Positions 57,621-64,000 of a stretch of 64,000 bases of DNA are shown here, piece after piece. The notes beneath the pieces are model-generated. The model was given only the letters and a program-made list of their open reading frames with translations, ran no database searches and had not been told where the DNA came from. Position 1 is the stretch's first letter. Every line of letters begins with the position of its first letter. Both the position numbers and the translations under genes were made by a program. Source of the DNA: Guillardia theta CCMP2712 (lineage: Eukaryota > Protista > Cryptophyta); assembly GCF_000315625.1 (NCBI RefSeq), contig NW_005434632.1, forward strand, positions 394,909 to 458,908, read 5' to 3'.

Positions 57621-60600
57621 CTAAATCCGCAGATCACCAGGAAGGGACTCGACTCCCTTGCCCAGCCCTGGTCCAGCTGTGGTTAGCAGGCGGAACAGCT
57701 CAAGCAAGCTCTTACCAAGCCCCCGAATCCAATCTTCATCATCCTTCTCTCCAGCAGCTCTTTTCTTTTTGGAAACCTTAAAATCTTCCTCGTCCTCCTC
57801 GTCCTCTTCTTCATCATCCTGTTCCTGCTCGTCCATACCCTCTAAAATGCCCTCCTGGGCATACGTCGAGTACCCTGGAGGGGAGTCAGCATGGCGGTTG
57901 AGGTGAGCAAGAGGATACCAAGGTCCTCGTCGACTTCGTAGGGAGAAGAAAGGGGAGGCCACATGACGGCGTTCTCGTCCGCGTCCACCTCGTACGTCTC
58001 CTCCCATCCCACGTTCACCTGCTCTCCTCTCAGCTCCGGCAGCCTCCCCTCCCCTCCTTCCACCTTGAGCTGCTCAGACCGAACGTGCTCGTCCTCCGAC
58101 AGGCTGACGCCGCTCTTGCCAATTAGCCGAGTCCGCATCTCCTCCATGCCCTGAGCGAACACCTGCATCGACTCGTCCTCGAGCCGCTCGTCTGCCGTGG
58201 GCCGTCATGCGGGGAGGTCGAGGAAAGAGGAGCAGCGCAAGTCACCGAGCTCGATGGAGTAGGTCAGGTCGTCGCTGACGGGAAAGCGATCCATGAGGGT
58301 GAGGGCCCTCCTGGCGTTGAGGCGGATCTCCGCTCCTACTCCTCGCTCTCCCGGCACGTAGGGCAGCCTTGGGATCTTCGAGGAGCAGGCGGGTCAGAGG
58401 AGGGAGGCGGATGACGCGGGACACACCTGGCGGAGGATGTCGAGGACCCGGCGGAGAACGCGGATGACGTCTCCCTCTTGCATGGACGTCATGGCGAGCA
58501 GCGAGTTCCATGATGTTCCTGCGGGGAAGGAGCGGGTGAGAGGCGGAGGAGGAGGAAGAGGACCGGACCGAGGGCCCAGGCCTCAACGAGCCCTGCGAAG
58601 GAAGGGTCGAGAGGAACTTCAAAGGTCAGGCCGTTGGCGAGCTGGGAGGCGATGACGCGAGACTGCATGTCTGACGCCTGCTCGACGAAGTCTTGAACCT
58701 ATTGGACGGTTAGCCTCTTCTCCTCCACATCCCCCCCCCCTGCCATCCCCTCCTCCATCATCCTGCTCCTCTTCCTCCTTGCCCTTTCCTCCTCCCTTCA
58801 ACCTCCTCCTTGTCTACCCACTCCCGTCTCCTGCTCTATCTTCCATCCTCTTTCACCTTGGGAGAGGCATCGAAGGCGATGTAAATGTCCGGCCGGTTGA
58901 GGTCAGAAACGACGCAAGACTGCTCGGAGATTCAGTATCGTGTCCGGCAGCCCAGGGTATGAAGGCGAGGAGGTACAGCGGGAGGGAGGGGGATGCAGAA
59001 GTGAAGTTTGAGTTGCAGAAAACCAGACAATGAAAGGAGGAGTGAGGTGAATCCGAGGAGGAGTAGGAGTAAGAGGAAGAGGAGATGGAGGAGGAGGATG
59101 AGGAGGAGATGGAGGAGGAGGAGATGAACAATCCAAGGAGGAGGAGGAGGAGATGGAGAAGATCTATTTCCGCACCAATGCTGCTGCCAGCTCATGCGGG
59201 CCGAGCTCATAGAGGATATCGTTATAGAGAAGAACCGACCCGACCCACTGAAGAAAGCAGATCAGGAGGATGGAAGGAAAGAAGCAGGAAGTTGGAAGCA
59301 GAAGCAGGAAGCAGGAGCAGGAAGCAGGAAGCAAGAAGCAAGAAGCAGGAAGCAAGAGGCCTCACAAGAGAATTGTCGGCATTCAAACTGGCAACCAACT
59401 TGCCGACGTCTGTCACGTTGTTCTCGACTAGGAAGCCGAAGTCTCTTAGACTGCAACAAGAAGGTGAGGGAGGAGAGAGAGACACAAAAGATAGGAGCTG
59501 ATGGTTGAGAGAGGAGGAGAAGAGGAGCGAGGGAGGAAGAGGCAGGGGGAGTAGAGCCAGGAGATGAAGATGGCTGGTGAGGAGGAGGAGAGGAAGGGTG
59601 AGGAGAGGGGGGGGGGGGAGAGAACAAGAAGGTTATAGGAGGAGCAGGAGGAGGGAAGGCAATCAGCGAGTACGTTGCTGCACAGTTGATAAATTCGTTC
59701 CAGGCAGGGTTCTCAACACTGGCCGAGGGGGCCTGTCAAGCCGCAAGAAAAAGTCATTTGAGTTGGTCACAGGTCATGGCGAGTCACTTCAGTCGCCTTC
59801 TGTCGGAGGCGACCAGTGGCGATCTGATCCGAGATGAACTTGTAGGCTCGGAGGAGCTGAGAAACGTCGTGAGCCACGGCCCAGCTGAAGGGCTGCAGGG
59901 GCTCTTTACCTCCTTCCTGTCCTCGCGTGCGAAGAGAGGATGGGAGGTCAAGAGAGCTTCGACGTGGTTGACCCGGTCTTGTTGCGCGAGGACCTCAGGA
60001 GGAGTCTTGGGCTCCTGCAGAGGGAGAGGAGGAGATTCAAACATGTGCCGCTCCTGTGGACCCTCGAGTTCACCTCAACGACGGGGATGCTGAGGAACGA
60101 GTGAGTGGGGAGGGAGAGGAGGAGGCGGTCAAGGAACCTTGCAGCGATGGCGGCCAGCTCCCTCGGCGCAACCATGAGGTAGTCGCCGCTTGCTCTCTTG
60201 ATCGCACTCCGAGAGGAGATCTTGGCGATGAGCTCGTTCACGTCCACTCTTGCTCCCTGCTCGTCTACCATGGAGACCTGAAGGAAATTCTCCCTCAGAG
60301 GTCCCAGCAGCAGCCAACCAGGAACACGTACCGGCTCGCTCTCCAAGTCAACGTCCACAATGTCTTTGGGTGTGACGACCCTGCCGGGGGCCTTGAGAGG
60401 GGCCGAGGACGGCGGGCCGGCAGACGAGACTCACCGGTAATCGTTGGTGGAAGTCAGGCAGACGAAGTAGTTGGGAGTTGATATGTCCAGCAGCTGGTCG
60501 GACAGGAGGCCGAGCAGGACGGCAGACTCCGGGCGATTGTCGCTGACGGGGAACAGATCAGTCAGGGGGAGGGGCAATGAGTGGGAGCTGTCACGTTGCA

Positions 60601-63600
60601 TCTTTGCGCGGGGTGAGGAGGAGAGGAGTGCCTGGGGAGCAGTACGGAAGAGTGTCCTGAGGAGAACAGGAGTGAGAAGGGTTGGAAGAGAGAGAAAGGA
60701 GGGGGAGGCGGGTGCAGGGAGGGAGAGAGGGAGGGATGGGGTGGAGGGAGAGAGGGAGGGGAGGGCAGGGGACCGGGGGAAAGGGAGGAGGGAGGAGGGA
60801 GGAGGGAGGAGGGAGGAGGGAGGAGGGAGGAGGGAGGAGGGAGGAGGGAGGACCTCGAAAACAGAATTCATCCGCTCTTGAGCCTGTTTGAACGAGTTAC
60901 ACGCGACGTAGCGGGCCATTGATCTACATCCACCTGCTGCAGAAGAATTCTCAAAACTCTCTGCTCAGTTTTCAGCCTCTGCGTCAACTTGGCGAAATTC
61001 TGCAACTCCGATTCTTCGACGGTCGCAAGGAGATCCTGTGGGATGAGATGAGGGAATGAAGGACGAGGGGAGGGGGGAGGAGAAGAATTGCTGAACGAGG
61101 CAAGATAGAGAAGGAGGACCACAAGGATAGGCAAACAGCAGGTGAGAAGAGGGAGGGGAGGATGAAGTGAAAGGCTTCAGCCCATCAGACTCACTTGCGC
61201 TGCCTGCACCTCCATCTCAACGTCTTCCGCACCGTCCGACTTGCCGCGTCTCTTGATCGACGCTGGTTGCGCATGACACCTCAGCCATGGAAGCAAGTCG
61301 GGCTCGGCGTCTCACCGAGGAAAGAGCCGAAGGATCGCTCGACGATCTTCTTGCACTCCTGCGCCCTTGTCAACTCGGCAGGAGACTGGGAGCAGGAAGG
61401 CACCTGGATGGGTCGGTCTTGGAGCAGGTTCAGCACCATCCCGTACTTGGGAGAAAACTTCGATCGGAGGGGATCCGCATCCTGAGAAGGAGGGAAGACG
61501 TTAAGGTGCCATGGCACAAACACGCTGGAAAGGTGAGGAAGGGGAGGGTGCAGGGATGACAAATCTTGAAGAGGAGGAGGAGGTGGAGGAGGAGGAGAAA
61601 AAGGGGGAGGACGAGGGTGGGGAAGACAGAGAAGGATAGCAGCAGTAGGAGGAGGAGAAGGAGGGGAAGAAGGGGGAGGAGGAGGAGGAGGAGGAGGAGG
61701 AGGAGGAGGAGGAGGAGGAGGAGGAGGAGGGGAAGAAGGAGAAGCAGCAGCAGCAGCAGGAGGAGGAGAAAGGGAAGGCTGAGGACTTACCTTCATGACG
61801 AGGGTGAAGGCTTCGGGAGCTCCTTCCCACTTGCTCCTCATGATCACCGAGTGACCGACCTGAGGTCACCGGAGGCGTCAGAGCGGGTTAACCTCCTCCT
61901 CTCCCTCACCGTGTCCTTGCCCCTCCTTCCTGCCCTCCCGCACATCTGCCTTAGCTCGTTGGAGGTCAGGCTGAGGAGGCACAAGGTGAGACCCAGGCGC
62001 TCGACCATGACACGGGTCTACCTCGTCACTCCGTCGGAGGTTCTCTTGGACAGAGAGCTGATGACAGTCGTCCTTGCTGGCATGTTGATGCCTGCTGCCA
62101 GCGTCTCCGTGGCGAACACAACCTGAGGGGCGAGGTAGGTAAGAGCGAAGGAGGACAGGAAGTGCGAGGGAAGCAGCCGCCGATGAGGGAGGTGCGATTG
62201 AGGGAAAGGTGAACCCAGCAGGAAACGATAGGGCGCGTGAGCAAGGAGGAGGGGAGAGGAGAGGCAAGGAGAAAGAGTGCGAGAAGAGAAGAGAAAGAGG
62301 AGGACGAGAAGGGAGAAACCAGAAAGAGAGCAACAGGAGGAGAGCGGGATGGAGTTAGGAGGAGCAAGGAGATGGGATGAATCTTTGAGCAGCATGTTCA
62401 CTTTGATCAGTCCATCCTGGAAAAGCTCCTCCACCAGCGCCTGCACAAGACCCTTACTCTCCACTCCTCGAGTGTCTTCGTGCACAGAAGCTTCTCTTAC
62501 CTTCCATAGGGGAACCAGCCCAGCATGATGAGACGCAATTCCACGGAGAGCAAGCCTGTTGTTGAAGTGACAAAACTGCCTGCTGACCTGCCTTCCCTCC
62601 CTGCTCTCCCTTCCTCTCCTTCCGTTCCTTGCTCCCTCTCTCCCTCCTCGCCCCCTCCCACTTCACCTGATCCGGTCTTCCTGAGCCACTTCTTTATGCT
62701 GGGAGACAAACTGCAGGAGTAAGGAGCATGTCACAGATCCAATCACAGCGAGCAACTCGAAAACTTTCCAGTTGGAGTCGTTTGCGAATCTCTGCCTTCT
62801 CTTCAGCAGTGACAAGAGAGTTCTGATCAGACGCGTCAACATCTGTCAAGGTTTCCCCCCTGTTTCTTCCTGACCTTCTGGTTCGCCGCTTCCTCTGCCG
62901 CCTTGTCGCACTGGATGGTGGAGAAACAAGAAGGGAAACAATCAGTCATTGACGACGTTGTCATCAACATCGGCGCAGTACTTTTTTCATCATCACTATC
63001 ATCGTCTCAATCATCAAACTCACAACCACTTTCTTTTCTGAGCTCAATCACCTCCACCATCATGCCGTCACATTCTCCCTCCGATCATACCTGTGCGCGA
63101 CTGAAGATGAAGATGATGGCGGGCAGCATCTCTCGCTTCTGCAACTGCAGGGCAAAACGTCAATCAAGCAAGAGCGAGCAGGAGAAAGGAGAGGAGATTC
63201 GAGAGCGCGCGAGAGAGGAGAGGGCGGGGAGGAGGAGTATTCTGAATATAAGGAGACCTGTCGGACCGCAAACCCGTAGCTCGGTATCTCAGCATAACTT
63301 CCTCCTCCTCTCTTGCGCCCACTAGACCCCTCTCCACTCGGGGTTGAAAATTCCTCTCCCCCTCCTCCTCCTCCTTCTCTCCTCCTCCTCGGGCCAGACT
63401 CGTACGATCGCCGAGAGTTCTTCCCATTCCATCCATCGAACTTGGAGCTTCCCCCAGACTTTTTCCGAGGGTCCTGGGCTGCTGCAGCGCTGGGGAGGAG
63501 GAGGCGGTTCAGCCTGGGCTGACCCTTCTTATTGTTCTCATTGTCAAACAGGTTGAGGATTCCCTTCCTGTCGATGAACTTGAACTGCAGAGGGACCGGG

Positions 63601-64000
63601 CGGAAGTCGGAGGTGATGAGATCCGTCGGGCCGTGGACATGGGCGAACCAGTCCCTGATATCCTTGACGTTCTTCATCGTGGCGGATAGCGCTACGAGGA
63701 GGATCTCGGGAGGGGAATGGATCACGCTTTCCTCCCACACCGTCCCCCTGCTCTCGTCGTTCATGTAGTGGAACTCGTCCAGTATCACCGAGTGCACCTC
63801 CGAGGCCACGGTGTCCTGAGAGTCGTACAGCATGTTGCGGTAGACCTCCGTCGTCAGCACGAGTATCGTCGCGTTGTCCCTGTTGACGCTGACGTCCCCG
63901 GTCAAGAGCCCGACCCTCTCCTTCCCGAACTGCTTGCAAAAGTCAGAGAACTTCTGGTTGGACAGCGCCTTCAGAGGCGTCGTGTAGAGCACTTTCTTGC
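57621..64000 (-). CDS. Ski2-like DExH RNA helicase, ISE2/HelY subgroup (5' end outside window)
   Basis: YTTPLKALSNQK, GLLTGD, TTEVYRNMLY, DEFH, SAT, HHAG, ATETLAAGINMPART and SKFSPKYGMVLNLL..ERSFG, plus C-terminal DSHCT-like exons. Confidence 0.92.
61677..61730 (+). repeat. (GAG)n intronic microsatellite
   Basis: Directly visible within a helicase intron. Confidence 0.9.

Overview
This is a eukaryotic nuclear scaffold with two N-gaps. It is gene-dense, with many short GT/GC-AG introns and purine/pyrimidine microsatellites inside introns. Signal peptide + Phe transit peptides (VQG|FAP, CPA|FQL), an RWP-RK factor and an ISE2-like helicase point to an alga with a secondary red plastid; the style resembles the cryptophyte Guillardia theta (inference). 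About 20 genes are recognisable: SPRY protein, M6P-receptor/ATG27-like, YkgJ-like, a 2329-aa intronless LRR/coiled-coil/EF-hand pseudokinase, PTRHD1, THUMP methyltransferase, CRAL-TRIO, sulfotransferase, DUF1279, a Pmp-repeat/EGF surface protein, RWP-RK, a NifS/selenocysteine-lyase-like enzyme, a BAH-UIM-EDM2-like methyltransferase-fold protein, a double Zn2Cys6 factor, an Rh transporter and a Ski2/ISE2 helicase. A decayed CRE-clade non-LTR retrotransposon sits between palindrome-rich islands. The top leads are: (1) a BAH + EDM2-type MTase-fold fusion, a possible one-protein analogue of the plant ASI1-AIPP1-EDM2 complex; (2) an ATGA stop/start overlap suggesting a bicistronic PTRHD1-THUMP locus; (3) a pseudokinase with an EF-hand pair inserted inside the kinase fold; (4) a GGGGTAGGGGT motif marking promoters; (5) GC-rich micro-palindrome islands. 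Exon boundaries were read by eye and are approximate.
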